This document shows positions 8,857-18,415 of a stretch of DNA of 32,000 nt, piece by piece. Positions within the stretch are counted from its first letter, which is position 1; each line of letters opens with the position of its first letter. The notes beneath the pieces are model-generated. The model was not told the origin of the DNA. It searched no databases and saw only the letters and a program-made list of their open reading frames with translations. Source of the stretch: Paracoccus suum (GTDB lineage: Bacteria; Pseudomonadota; Alphaproteobacteria; Rhodobacterales; Rhodobacteraceae); assembly GCF_003324675.1 (NCBI RefSeq), contig NZ_CP030918.1:240001-272000 (forward strand), written 5' to 3'. The translations under genes and the position numbers were made by a program.

Positions 8857-11334
8857 ATGCGCTCGCTTGGCCTCAGATCCGCCGGACTTGCCTGCGGGCT
8901 TGCCGTGATCCTTGGTGCCGCCGCCCCGCCGGCGGCGCGGGCCGAGGATGCGGTGGCGCTGCGCCGTGCGATGGCTGATATCGCCGCCCGCGATTGGGCA
9001 GGGGCGCAGGACGCGGCCCGCGCGTCGGGGCCGCTGGCGGCCGACATCGTCGCTTGGCACCAGCTGCGCGCGGGGCGGGGCAGCCTGGCCGAATATACCG
9101 ACTTCATGCACCGCCACCCCAACTGGCCTGGCCTCGCACTGATGCGCGAGCGGGCCGAGGCGGCGGCCATCCCTGCCACCGCGCCTGCGGCCGAGGTGCT
9201 GGCATGGTTCGGCGAGGACGCGCCCCTGACCGGGACCGGAATGCGGCGCCTGATCGCCGCGCTCAGCGCCGCGAAGGGCCGCGAGGCTGCCGGCGCGCGG
9301 CTCGCCGCGCTCTGGGCCAGCGGCGCGGGCGCCCTGTCGCCTCAGGACGAGTCTGCCCTGCTGGCGGAATGGGGGGCGGTGCTGGCCGCGCAGAACAAGG
9401 CCCGCGCCGCCGCCCTGCTGGATCGTGGCGAATGGCAGGCCGCGCGGCGGATGCTGCCGCGCCTGACCGGTGACGACCGCGCGCTCGCCACGCTGCGCGC
9501 CGACCTGCAGGCAGGCACGGTGCCGAACCTCGCCCTGCGGCTGACCCAACTGCCGCGCTGGGCACGCGAGGACGCCGGCCTTGCGCTGGACCATTTCCGC
9601 GCCGCGGTGAAAGCCAAGGACCGCGCCGAGGCCGAGGCGCTGATGCTGGCGCAGTCCACCTCTGCCGAGGCGTTGCGTGATCCGGCACTATGGGCGCGGG
9701 TCCGCGCCGATTATGCGCGTGCCGCACTGCGCGCCGGCGATCCGAAGCGCGCGCAACAGTTGGCATCGGGCCACTGGCTGAAAACAGATGATCCGTTGTG
9801 GACCGATCTGGAATGGCTGGCTGGGTATGCTGCTTATCGCGCCGGCGACTGGCCAGCGGCCGCGGCGCGGTTCCAAGCTCTGGGCGCCGGCTCTGCCGCC
9901 GCAATCACCCAGTCGCGCGCGCTCTATTGGCAATCACTGACCGCGGCGCGTAGGGGCGACCAGCCGGGCGCCGACGCGTTGATGCGGCGGGCGGCGACCC
10001 ATCAGACGACATGGTATGGCCAACTCGCGGCCGAGGCGGCGGGCGTGCCGATGGACCCGCAGCTGGTCGGGGGCGGCCCTTCCGCGCTGCCCAACTGGCG
10101 CGCCAGCGCGGTGCTGCGCGACGATCGCGTGCAGGCGGCGATCTGGCTGATGCTGGCCCGCCAGCCGGACCTTGCCCAGCGGTTCCTGTTGCAGGTCAGC
10201 GAGACCGCCTCGGCCGAGGACATCGGCCGCCTCGCGCGCCTGATGGCCGAGTTTCGCCAGACCCACCATTCCCTGCGCCTGGCCAAGGTGGCCGCGCAAA
10301 AGGGCGCGGTTTATCCTGCCGCGCTGTTCCCGCTGACGGGGCTGGAGGCCGATGACCTGGGCATCCCGCCCGAACTGGCTCTGGCGATTGCCCGGCGCGA
10401 ATCCGAGTTCAACCCGCGTGCAGCCTCGGGCGTCGGGGCGCGCGGGCTGATGCAGGTCATGCCCGCCACCGCGCGCGAGATTGCGGTCGAGGTCGGCTTG
10501 CCCTTCGATCTCGACCAGCTGTCGCGCAACCCGGACTACAACGCCCTTTATGGTGCGACCTATCTGGCGCGGCTGCGCGCCCGCTATGGCCCATCGATCG
10601 CATTGGTCGCGGCGGGCTATAACGCCGGACCCGGGCGTTCGGCACAGTGGTTGAAATCGCTGGGCGAGATCCGCTCCGGCGCCGATCCGGTGGAATGGGT
10701 CGAGGCGATCCCCTTTGACGAGACCCGCAACTACGTGATGCGCGTGGCCGAGGCGCTGCCGATCTATCGCGCCCGGATCGCGGGCGCGCCGGTGCCGCTG
10801 ACCCCGACCGAGGACCTGACCGGCGGCGGCGTGGTCAGCATCCCCATCCCCCGCCCGATCCTGACGTTGACCGCCTCGCTGCCCCCGCCGCCAAACCCGC
10901 GCGGCGTGATCTGGGCCGCGCGCGAGGCGGTGATGGGCGATCCGGCGGCCCCCGCGGCAGCTGGCGCTGCTGAGGGTGGGGCGGTCGAGGCTGCCGCCCC
11001 GACTACTGCTGAACCAGCGGCTTCGGCTGCCGCTACTCCCGCTGCGCCTGCCCCACCGGCTTCTGCTTCGGCTGCTGCCCCGGCGACCACCGGTTCGACG
11101 GCTTCTGTCCAGTCAGTCGCCGCACCGACGGCCTCTGCCGCGACGGCGCCCCCTGTGCCTGTCTCAACCGCCCGGCCTACGCCAGCCGCCCGCGAAACCG
11201 GCGCGAGCGTTGCGATGGACGAGCGGCAGGCCGCAACGCCCTCAGCAGCAGACCGCGCCGCGCCGGCCGCCCTGCTGCAGGTGCAGAACCCGAGTGTGAA
11301 AACTCTGCCCTCCATCCCGCCGCCGCCCCAGTAG
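8857..11334 (+). CDS. slt: soluble lytic murein transglycosylase (Slt70-like) with a long Ala/Pro/Thr/Ser-rich C-terminal tail
   Basis: 825 aa with a signal peptide ([29 protein letters not shown]) and a superhelical repeat-rich N-terminal part. The SLT catalytic domain carries [22 protein letters not shown] and [10 protein letters not shown]. The last ~170 aa are low complexity. Confidence 0.88.
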   Translation: MRSLGLRSAGLACGLAVILGAAAPPAARAEDAVALRRAMADIAARDWAGAQDAARASGPLAADIVAWHQLRAGRGSLAEYTDFMHRHPNWPGLALMRERAEAAAIPATAPAAEVLAWFGEDAPLTGTGMRRLIAALSAAKGREAAGARLAALWASGAGALSPQDESALLAEWGAVLAAQNKARAAALLDRGEWQAARRMLPRLTGDDRALATLRADLQAGTVPNLALRLTQLPRWAREDAGLALDHFRAAVKAKDRAEAEALMLAQSTSAEALRDPALWARVRADYARAALRAGDPKRAQQLASGHWLKTDDPLWTDLEWLAGYAAYRAGDWPAAAARFQALGAGSAAAITQSRALYWQSLTAARRGDQPGADALMRRAATHQTTWYGQLAAEAAGVPMDPQLVGGGPSALPNWRASAVLRDDRVQAAIWLMLARQPDLAQRFLLQVSETASAEDIGRLARLMAEFRQTHHSLRLAKVAAQKGAVYPAALFPLTGLEADDLGIPPELALAIARRESEFNPRAASGVGARGLMQVMPATAREIAVEVGLPFDLDQLSRNPDYNALYGATYLARLRARYGPSIALVAAGYNAGPGRSAQWLKSLGEIRSGADPVEWVEAIPFDETRNYVMRVAEALPIYRARIAGAPVPLTPTEDLTGGGVVSIPIPRPILTLTASLPPPPNPRGVIWAAREAVMGDPAAPAAAGAAEGGAVEAAAPTTAEPAASAAATPAAPAPPASASAAAPATTGSTASVQSVAAPTASAATAPPVPVSTARPTPAARETGASVAMDERQAATPSAADRAAPAALLQVQNPSVKTLPSIPPPPQ

Positions 11335-11348
11335 GCGGACGCCCTGCT

Positions 11349-12935
11349 TCAGATCCAACCGTCAGGAATGCGCGGCGTCGCGGCAAGCAGCTTGCGAGTA
11401 TAGACGTCTTGCGGGTCGGACAGGACCGCCTCGGTTGGGCCGGCCTCGATGATGCGGCCTTTCTCCATCACCAGCACATGGTCGGTGATCGCGCGGACGA
11501 CGCCCAGATCGTGGCTGATGAACAGGTAAGACAGCCCATGGCTGGCGCGCAGCGCGGCCAGCAGGTCCAGCACCTGCGCGCGCACGCGCACGTCGAGCGC
11601 ACTGACCGCCTCGTCCAGCACGATCAGCGCGGGGCGGATGATCAGCGCGCGGGCGATGGCGATGCGTTGGCGCTGTCCGCCAGAAAACTCGTGCACAAAA
11701 CGCTTTCCGCTATCCGGTGCAATGCCGACTTCGGCCAGCGCGGCGGCGACCCGGGCGCGCCAGTCTGGGGGGCGGCCGGTCAGGTGAAACGGCTCTGCCA
11801 CCAGCCGTTCGACCCGCCAGCGCGGATCGAAGCTGGCGAAGGGGTCCTGAAATACCACCTGCATCCGCGCCCGCAGCCCTCGCGGCATCTGGTGTCCGGC
11901 CGCCACCGGCACCCCGCCCAGCCGGATCTCGCCGCCCTGCAGCGGATCGAGGCCGAGGATCGCGCGGGTCAGGGTGGACTTTCCGCACCCGCTCTCGCCG
12001 ACGAGGCCGACGGACTGGCCCGCGTTCACCGTCAGGCTGACCCCATCGACCGCGCGCAAGGCGCCGCGCGCCAGCCGGTATTCGCGGACCGCACCCCGCA
12101 CCTCCAGCAGGGGCACGGCCGGGTCCGGGGCCGCGTGGCGCGCGGGCATGTGGGTCGAGGCGGCAAACAGCGCGCGGGTGTAGGCATGGCTGCGGCGGCG
12201 GAACAGCGCCTCGGTCGGACCGGCCTCGACGACGCGCCCCGATTGCATGACAGCCACATGGTCCGCTCGGCCTGCAACCACCGCGAGGTCATGTGTGATC
12301 AGCAGCAGGCCCATCCCCTCGTCCCGAACCAGTCCCGCCAGCAGATCGAGGATCTGCGCCTGCGTGGTGACATCAAGCGCGGTGGTCGGCTCGTCGGCGA
12401 TGAGCAGGTCGGGCCGCAGGGCGATGGCCATGGCAATGGCAACGCGCTGACGCTGGCCGCCCGACAGCTCGTGCGGCCACAGCCCGAGGTGGAAGCGCGG
12501 CCCGGGCAGGCCGACCCGGTCGAGCCTGTCGCGGGCCTTGGCCAGCGCCGCCGCGCGCGGCAGGCCGCGGTGCAGGCGCAGCACTTCGGCCACCTGATCG
12601 CCGATGGTCATCAGCGGGTTCAGCGCGGTCATCGGCTCCTGAAAGATCATGCCCATACGACGGCCGCGCAGGCGGCAAAGGGTGGCTTCGTCCTGCGCCA
12701 GCAGGTCGGTCTCGCCCAGCAGGGCCTGCCCGCGCCGTTCGGCTCCGGGGGGCAGCAGCCCCATGATCGCAAGCGCAGTCATCGACTTGCCGGAGCCACT
12801 TTCGCCCACCAGCCCCAGCACCTCGCCACGACGCAGGGCCAGGTCGACCCCGTCCAGCACCGGCCGGCCGCCGATCGCAACGGACAGTCCGCGGATGTCC
12901 AGCAGCGGGTCGCCTGACGTCGGCTCGCCGGTCAT
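11349..12935 (-). CDS. ABC transporter ATP-binding protein, fused double NBD (Dpp/Opp D-F type)
   Basis: 528 aa with two Walker A motifs ([16 protein letters not shown]), two signature motifs ([16 protein letters not shown]) and two Walker B motifs ([24 protein letters not shown]). It overlaps the upstream permease gene by 4 nt. Confidence 0.92.
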   Translation of the reverse strand: MTGEPTSGDPLLDIRGLSVAIGGRPVLDGVDLALRRGEVLGLVGESGSGKSMTALAIMGLLPPGAERRGQALLGETDLLAQDEATLCRLRGRRMGMIFQEPMTALNPLMTIGDQVAEVLRLHRGLPRAAALAKARDRLDRVGLPGPRFHLGLWPHELSGGQRQRVAIAMAIALRPDLLIADEPTTALDVTTQAQILDLLAGLVRDEGMGLLLITHDLAVVAGRADHVAVMQSGRVVEAGPTEALFRRRSHAYTRALFAASTHMPARHAAPDPAVPLLEVRGAVREYRLARGALRAVDGVSLTVNAGQSVGLVGESGCGKSTLTRAILGLDPLQGGEIRLGGVPVAAGHQMPRGLRARMQVVFQDPFASFDPRWRVERLVAEPFHLTGRPPDWRARVAAALAEVGIAPDSGKRFVHEFSGGQRQRIAIARALIIRPALIVLDEAVSALDVRVRAQVLDLLAALRASHGLSYLFISHDLGVVRAITDHVLVMEKGRIIEAGPTEAVLSDPQDVYTRKLLAATPRIPDGWI

Positions 12936-13747
12936 GCGCTTCGCGCCCGCAGCCGCGGGTCCAGCGCGTCGCGCAGCCCGTCACCCAGCAGGTTCAGACC
13001 CAGCACCGTCAGCACGATCACGAGGCCCGGGATCAGCGCCACATGCGGCGCCATCATCGCCATGGTCTGCCCTTCTGCTAGCATCCTGCCCCAACTAGGG
13101 GTCGGGGGCTGCGCGCCGAGGCCGACGTAGCTGAGCCCGGCCTCCGCCAGGATCCCGAGGCTGAACTGGATCGTGCCCTGCACGATCAGCAGATTGGCAA
13201 TGTTGGGCAGGATATGCTCGGCGCTGATGCGGGCGCGGGACTTGCCGGCGACCTCGGCCGCGCGGGTGAAATCCAGCGTCCAAAGCGGCATCGCGCCGCC
13301 CCGGGCGACGCGCGCGAACACCGGGATGTTGAAAATGCCGATGGCGATGATCGCGTTGACTGCCGAAGGGCCGAACACCGCAGTGATCAGGATGGCGATC
13401 ACCAGCGCTGGAAAGGCAAAGATCAGATCGCCGCCGCGCATGATGACCTCGTCTAGCCAGCCGCCGCGATGGGCAGCGGCGGTCAGGCCCAGCGGCACGC
13501 CCGCGCCCATGCCGATGCCGACCGCAACCAGCGCCACCGCCAGAGAGGTCCGCGCCCCGGCCATGGCGAGGCTGAGGATGTCCCGCCCCAACTGGTCCGT
13601 CCCCAGCCAATGTGCCGCGGACGGGGGCTTCAGCTTGCCGGCGATATCCAGCGCCTCGACCGAATAGGGCGTCCAGACGAACGAGACCAACGCCGCCGCC
13701 AGCGCCAGCCCGGCAAGCGCAGCGCCAAGGATCAACCCCCACCTCAT
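12932..13747 (-). CDS. ABC transporter permease (DppC/OppC-like)
   Basis: 271 aa, multi-TM, with the N-terminal motif HWLGTDQLGRD typical of DppC/OppC-type permeases. It overlaps the upstream permease gene by 4 nt. Confidence 0.88.
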   Translation of the reverse strand: MRWGLILGAALAGLALAAALVSFVWTPYSVEALDIAGKLKPPSAAHWLGTDQLGRDILSLAMAGARTSLAVALVAVGIGMGAGVPLGLTAAAHRGGWLDEVIMRGGDLIFAFPALVIAILITAVFGPSAVNAIIAIGIFNIPVFARVARGGAMPLWTLDFTRAAEVAGKSRARISAEHILPNIANLLIVQGTIQFSLGILAEAGLSYVGLGAQPPTPSWGRMLAEGQTMAMMAPHVALIPGLVIVLTVLGLNLLGDGLRDALDPRLRARSA

Positions 13748-14691
13748 GTTCGGCCCCTACGCAGGCGGGGGTCCACAGCGGCGTACGCCAGGTCCGTGAG
13801 GAAGGTGATCAGGATGACGGCCGTGACCAGCACCAGTACGGCCGACTGCACCACGATCAGGTCCCGCTGGGTGATCGCCTGAAAGATCAGGCGGCCGAGG
13901 CCGGGCAGGTAAAACACGTTCTCGATGATGATGGCGCCGGCCAGCAGAAAGCTGAATTGCAACCCGATGATGGTCAGCGCCGGGATCATGGCGTTGCGCA
14001 GCCCGTGCCGGCGCAGCGCCTGCCCGGCGCTGAGGCCCTTGGCCCGCGCGGTGCGGATGTAGTCCTGACCCATCGTTTCGATCAGGGCGCTGCGCAGCAC
14101 CCGCGCGAGGATCGCGGCCTGCGGCAGCGCCAGCGCAATGGCCGGCAGTAGCAGCGCGCGCAGCGCGGCGAGGGGGTGATCCCAGCCAGGAAAGCCGCCG
14201 GCTGGCAGCCAGCGCAGCTTGACCGCAAAAATCAGCACCAGGATCATGGCGAACCAGAAGTTCGGCACCGCGATGCCCAACTGAGTGCCGCCCATGACCG
14301 CCACATCCGCTGCCCGGCCGCGACGCGCGGCCGCGATCATGCCAATGGGAAAGGCAATCACCACGGCCAGCGCTAACGCCATCAAAGCGAGTGGCAGGGA
14401 GACGACGATACGGTCGGCCAGCAGCGCCGCGACCGGGGTCTTGTAGGTAAAGCTGGTGCCCAGATCGCCTGTCAAGATGCCGCCGATCCATGCCGCGTAG
14501 CGCAGTGGCCATGGCTGGTCGAGGCCGAGTTGCGCGCGCAGCGCCGCCAGCGTGTCAGGCTGCGCGCCGGTGCCCAGCATGAAGCTGGCGGGATCGCCAG
14601 GCACCAGCGCGACGATGGAAAAAATTGCGACCGATGCCACCAGCAGACTGATGATCAGCGACAGCGCCCGGCGCAGGACATAGCGGCCCAT
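13744..14691 (-). CDS. ABC transporter permease (DppB/OppB-like)
   Basis: 315 aa with the N-terminus MGRYVLRRALSLIISLLVASVAIFSIVALVPGDP typical of DppB/OppB. It also has an EAA-loop-like region (YIRTARAKGLSAGQALRRHGLRNA). Confidence 0.88.
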   Translation of the reverse strand: MGRYVLRRALSLIISLLVASVAIFSIVALVPGDPASFMLGTGAQPDTLAALRAQLGLDQPWPLRYAAWIGGILTGDLGTSFTYKTPVAALLADRIVVSLPLALMALALAVVIAFPIGMIAAARRGRAADVAVMGGTQLGIAVPNFWFAMILVLIFAVKLRWLPAGGFPGWDHPLAALRALLLPAIALALPQAAILARVLRSALIETMGQDYIRTARAKGLSAGQALRRHGLRNAMIPALTIIGLQFSFLLAGAIIIENVFYLPGLGRLIFQAITQRDLIVVQSAVLVLVTAVILITFLTDLAYAAVDPRLRRGRT

Positions 14692-14728
14692 GGCTCAGGG
14701 CCGGTCCGTGTTCTGGCCTGCGCGCACC

Positions 14729-14752
14729 GGCATAGGCATCGGCATCGGCATC
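14729..14752. repeat. hexanucleotide tandem repeat (GGCATA)(GGCATC)x3
   Basis: Read directly as ggcata ggcatc ggcatc ggcatc. It lies 38-61 nt upstream of the DppB-like start codon (14691, minus strand), in the 122-bp gap after the MFS gene stop. Confidence 0.9.
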
Positions 14753-14813
14753 GCGAGGCCACCCACGACCCTGGTATCGGGAAAAGCGCAGCGTGAGGTG
14801 CCGGAGAGGCCAG

Positions 14814-16445
14814 TCACAGGACGTCGGCCTTGCCGACCAGCGGCACGTCCTCATGCGCGGGGACAGTGCGGCGCTCGATCATGCGGTGGACGATGGGATC
14901 GCCGGTCCCGCGATGCAGCGCGCGCAGCGCGATGGTGACCTCGGCCTCCGACGTTGTGCGACGCAGGTTGTGGCGCACATATTCGTCCCAGGTGGCGATG
15001 TGAAAGCTCTCGACCCAGGTCGATGGCTGCTCAATGTCGCGCAACAGGGTCCAGCCGCGCGCGCCATCGCGGCGGCGGATGGCGCGGCGCTGCTGCATCA
15101 GGCGCAGAAACTCAGGCACGTCGCCCTGGTTGATCTCGTAATCGACCATGATCAACAGCGGCCCGGAACGGCCTCGCAGGTCGAGGCCCAGCGCCGGGGC
15201 GCGAAACTGGTTCAGCGGGTCGAGGTTCGCGGCCCCGAACTCGGGCGCGCGGAACCAAAAGCCGACCAGCGCCCCAGCGAACAAGACGACGGCGGCAGCC
15301 AACAGCGAGGTTTGCCAGCCATAGCCATTGGCGATCCAACCCCACAACCAGCTGCCCGCAGCCATGCCGCCGAAGGTCGCGGTCTGGTACAGCGCCAATG
15401 CCCGCGCCACGACCCAGCGGGGCGTCGACAGTTGTACGGTCACGTTGAACAGGGACAGCGCAAGGACCCAAGCGGCCCCGGCCGGCAGCAGCGCCAGAGC
15501 GTGCAGCCAGACGCTTCCGGTCGTGGCGAGCACCGTCGCCGCCAGCGCAAAGCCGGCAAAGGCGAGGCGAACGATTGTCTCGTTGTCGAAACGCTCGCGC
15601 ATCGGGGGGTTCAGCACCGCGCCGATGATCGCGCCAAGGCCGTAGCAGCCCAGCAGCAGACCATAGAGCAGCGAGCCGCCCTCGGTGTGCGATTTCGCCA
15701 CCAGCGGCAAAAGCGCCAGGACCGAGATTGCGGCGAACCCGAACAGCCCGCCCCGGCCGAGGACACGGAGCAGGTTCGGCGACAGGGCGACGTAGCGTAG
15801 CCCGGCGCGGACCGCGCTGGGGAATGGCTCGCGCGCAGCGACACTGCGGGCTTGCGCCGGCGGCCGCCAGCGCAGCAGCGTGAAGATCAGCGGCAGGTAG
15901 CTGAGCGCGTTAACGGTGAACGAAGCCGCCGCCCCCCAGGCAGCGACGATCAGACCACCCGCCGCCGGACCGACACCGCGCATCAGGTTGAACCCGACCG
16001 AGTTCAGCGTCACCGCCGAGGGCAATTCGGCGCGCGGCACCAGATCGCCCATGCTCGCCTGCCAGGGCGGGTTATAGATCGCGGCGCCGACCCCAATCAG
16101 AAAGGTCAGCGACAGCAGCAGCCAGGGCGTCAGGCCGCCGGTCCAGCCGATCACCGCCAGCGTGATCGAGGCGAGCAGCATGAAGGCCTGCGCTGCGAGC
16201 ATCAGGGCCCGGCGGTCGAACAGATCGGCTAGCGCCCCCGCCATCAGCGCAAAGATCATGTAGGGCAGCGTTGTAGAGGCCTGCACCAGCGCAACCAGCG
16301 TCGCCGAGGTGGTCAACTGGGTCATCAGCCAGGCGGCGCCGACCCCTTGCACCAGACCGCCGAAGTTGGACAGCACCGACGCGCCCCACAAGGCCCGGTA
16401 TTCTCGATACCGCAGGGGGTAGAAAACGGAATGGCGCTCGGACAC
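14814..16445 (-). CDS. MFS transporter (MFS_3/EntS-like) with an additional ~140-aa C-terminal soluble domain
   Basis: 543 aa. The N-terminus YREYRALWGASVLSNFGGLVQGVGAAWLM is typical of the MFS_3 family. There are about 12 hydrophobic helices up to residue ~400, then a hydrophilic tail (PLLIMVDYEINQGDVPEFLRLMQQRRAIRRRDGARGWTLLRDIEQPSTWVESFHIATWDEYVRH...). Confidence 0.8.
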   Translation of the reverse strand: MSERHSVFYPLRYREYRALWGASVLSNFGGLVQGVGAAWLMTQLTTSATLVALVQASTTLPYMIFALMAGALADLFDRRALMLAAQAFMLLASITLAVIGWTGGLTPWLLLSLTFLIGVGAAIYNPPWQASMGDLVPRAELPSAVTLNSVGFNLMRGVGPAAGGLIVAAWGAAASFTVNALSYLPLIFTLLRWRPPAQARSVAAREPFPSAVRAGLRYVALSPNLLRVLGRGGLFGFAAISVLALLPLVAKSHTEGGSLLYGLLLGCYGLGAIIGAVLNPPMRERFDNETIVRLAFAGFALAATVLATTGSVWLHALALLPAGAAWVLALSLFNVTVQLSTPRWVVARALALYQTATFGGMAAGSWLWGWIANGYGWQTSLLAAAVVLFAGALVGFWFRAPEFGAANLDPLNQFRAPALGLDLRGRSGPLLIMVDYEINQGDVPEFLRLMQQRRAIRRRDGARGWTLLRDIEQPSTWVESFHIATWDEYVRHNLRRTTSEAEVTIALRALHRGTGDPIVHRMIERRTVPAHEDVPLVGKADVL

Positions 16446-16716
16446 GGCTCACCTGCGTTGGTCGGGCGACGATATGGCGCAGCCCGCCGGTGTGCAACGG
16501 CCCAGAACTCCTGTGGCGGACCAAGGCGCTACCGGGGGTGCAATCGTACCAACTCCGCGCCCCTACTATCATCGTGCTTGCGCGTGGGCCGCCGCCCCGG
16601 CTAGCTGGCCGCATGGGCCGCGGCGATGGCGTCGCCGCATCTTTCCGGCCCTATAGTCCTGCACGCCGGGAGGTCTTTCGGGGCTCTCCATCCGCCCCGC
16701 CCTTTCCTGGGGATCC

Positions 16717-17943
16717 ATGCACATGCCTAACCCATCCACCGCCCGTCCGGAAATGTACCGCTTTCACAACGGCGAAAAGGCAAAGCTGCCCTTTGCTCCG
16801 GCGGAGTATGACGCCCGCCTCAAGGGCCTGCGCGAGATCCTCGCCCGCGACGGCCTCGATGCCGCGGTCCTGACCTCGATGCACAACATCGCCTATTATT
16901 CGGGGTTTCTCTACTGCAGCTTTGGCCGGCCTTACGGGCTGGTCGTGACGCCCACCGACAGTGTGACCATCAGCGCCGGCATCGACGCGGGCCAGCCGTG
17001 GCGGCGCTGCCATGGCGACAACATCACCTACACCGACTGGCAGCGCGACAACTTCTGGCGGGCCATCGCCTCGGTCGCCGGCACCGGCCAGCGCATCGGC
17101 GTTGAGGGCGATCACCTGACACTGGTGCAGTCCGCCAAGCTGGACAGCTTCCTCGCCCCGGCCGAGCGCAAATGCATTAGCGATGCTACCATGCGCCAGC
17201 GGATGATGAAGTCCCCGGCCGAGATCGCCCTGATCCGGGCCGGCGCAAATGTCGCCGATGTCGGCGGCTATGCCATCCGCGATTCCGTGCGGGCCGGCGT
17301 CCGCGAAATCGACGTCGCCATGGCCGGCCGCGACGCGATGGAATCCGAAATCGCGCGGCGCTTTCCCGACGCTGAATACCGCGACACCTGGGTCTGGTTC
17401 CAATCCGGGCTGAATACCGACGGCGCCCATAACCCCGTCACGGGTCGCGTGCTCGAGGCGGGCGACATCCTGTCACTGAATACCTTCCCGATGATCTCGG
17501 GCTATTACACCGCGCTCGAGCGCACGATGTTCGTCGAGAGCGTGGACGATGCCTCGCTGCGGATCTGGGAGGCGAACATCGGCGCCCACGAATACGGCAT
17601 GAGCCTGCTGAAGCCGGGCGTCAGTTGCGCCGAGGTGACGCACCTGATCAACGACTGGCTGGAGGAGCGCCAGCTGCTGCAATACCGCACCTTCGGCTAT
17701 GGCCACAGCTTTGGCGTGCTGTCGCATTTCTATGGCCGCGAGGCCGGGCTGGAACTGCGCGAGGATATCGACACCGTGCTGCAACCGGGCATGGTCATCA
17801 GCATGGAGCCGATGCTGACCATCCCCGCGGGCCAACCCGGCGCCGGCGGCTATCGTGAGCACGACATCCTCGTCATCACCGAGGACGGGGCCGAGGACAT
17901 CACCAGTTATCCTTATGGTCCGGCCGAGAACGTAGTCGGCTGA
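16717..17943 (+). CDS. creatinase (creatine amidinohydrolase, M24-fold)
   Basis: 408 aa. Near full-length similarity (from recall) to Pseudomonas putida creatinase, including the blocks YCSFGRPY, GQPWRR, YTDWQRDN, FQSGLNTDGAHNPVT, YRTFGYGHSFG, YGREAGLELREDIDTVLQPGMV and GAGGYREHDIL. Confidence 0.85.
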   Translation: MHMPNPSTARPEMYRFHNGEKAKLPFAPAEYDARLKGLREILARDGLDAAVLTSMHNIAYYSGFLYCSFGRPYGLVVTPTDSVTISAGIDAGQPWRRCHGDNITYTDWQRDNFWRAIASVAGTGQRIGVEGDHLTLVQSAKLDSFLAPAERKCISDATMRQRMMKSPAEIALIRAGANVADVGGYAIRDSVRAGVREIDVAMAGRDAMESEIARRFPDAEYRDTWVWFQSGLNTDGAHNPVTGRVLEAGDILSLNTFPMISGYYTALERTMFVESVDDASLRIWEANIGAHEYGMSLLKPGVSCAEVTHLINDWLEERQLLQYRTFGYGHSFGVLSHFYGREAGLELREDIDTVLQPGMVISMEPMLTIPAGQPGAGGYREHDILVITEDGAEDITSYPYGPAENVVG

Positions 17944-17972
17944 AATCCCTGATCGCGGTCGCGCAAATGAAA

Positions 17973-18003
17973 ACGGCCCCTGCCACTGGCAGGGGCCGTT
18001 CTG
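17973..18003. terminator. intrinsic terminator hairpin between convergent genes (best fit to the minus-strand GlsB/YeaQ gene)
   Basis: A 12-bp perfect stem, acggcccctgcc / ggcaggggccgt (17973-17984 / 17988-17999). On the minus strand it is followed by TTTTCAT. On the plus strand the downstream T-tract is poor. Confidence 0.65.
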
Positions 18004-18021
18004 ATGCAAGTCTTGCGGCGA

Positions 18022-18300
18022 TCAGGCGCGGTTGAAGAGGCGCAGGATCAGCAGCAGGATGACGGCACCGATGGTCGAGAAGATGATCGAGCCCAGGATC
18101 GACATGCGGCCATCAGCGCCAGCCATGTTCCAGCCAAGCGCCGGGAAGAGCCAGGAGGCCAGCAGCGCGCCGACGATGCCGACGACGATGTTCATCATCA
18201 CGCCCTGGCCATGGCCTTTCACGATTTCGCCAGCCAGCCAGCCGGCGATCGCACCGATGATAAGCGAGACGATCAACCCGATCCCACTGAAAGCAGCCAT
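18022..18300 (-). CDS. GlsB/YeaQ/YmgE-family (transglycosylase-associated) stress membrane protein
   Basis: 92 aa with three hydrophobic Gly-rich helices and the family N-terminus IGLIVSLIIGAIAGWLAGEIVKGHGQG. An AAAGGA Shine-Dalgarno lies about 8 nt upstream of the ATG. Confidence 0.85.
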   Translation of the reverse strand: MAAFSGIGLIVSLIIGAIAGWLAGEIVKGHGQGVMMNIVVGIVGALLASWLFPALGWNMAGADGRMSILGSIIFSTIGAVILLLILRLFNRA

Positions 18301-18356
18301 TATGAAGTCCTTTCTTGATGTCCGGTCGGGTCGCGCCCGCCGCTATACGCCAGTCT

Positions 18357-18382
18357 AACATGACCAAACGGGTGACAGTTCC
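18357..18382 (-). promoter_or_regulatory. candidate ECF-sigma-type promoter (GGAAC-N17-TGTT) for the GlsB/YeaQ gene
   Basis: The minus strand reads GGAACtgtcacccgtttggtcaTGTT, 57-82 nt upstream of the ATG at 18300. This resembles the alphaproteobacterial EcfG/SigT consensus GGAAC-N16-17-CGTT, with one mismatch in the -10 element. Motif match only. Confidence 0.3.
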
Positions 18383-18415
18383 GCTATGAATCCCGTGCTT
18401 TGGCACGATCGGCCG

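Noticed and set aside
7855-9594. The 5' extensions of the dapA ORF (to 9594), the ruvA ORF (to 7766), the ruvC ORF (to 7807), the pcs ORF (to 24547) and the fmt ORF (from 1234).
   Set aside because: The extensions overlap neighbouring well-supported genes and have junk-like composition. Internal ATGs reproduce the canonical N-termini ([40 protein letters not shown]).
16446-16716. A possible riboswitch (for example guanidine/ykkC-type) or small ORF in the 271-bp divergent region upstream of creatinase. This includes the hairpin gcggcga-tggcg-tcgccgc at 16620-16638.
   Set aside because: I could not find the conserved ykkC or other riboswitch core sequences. The small ORFs there (for example 16474-16656) have junk-like Arg/Pro-rich translations. 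The hairpin alone is not diagnostic. An Infernal/Rfam scan would settle it.
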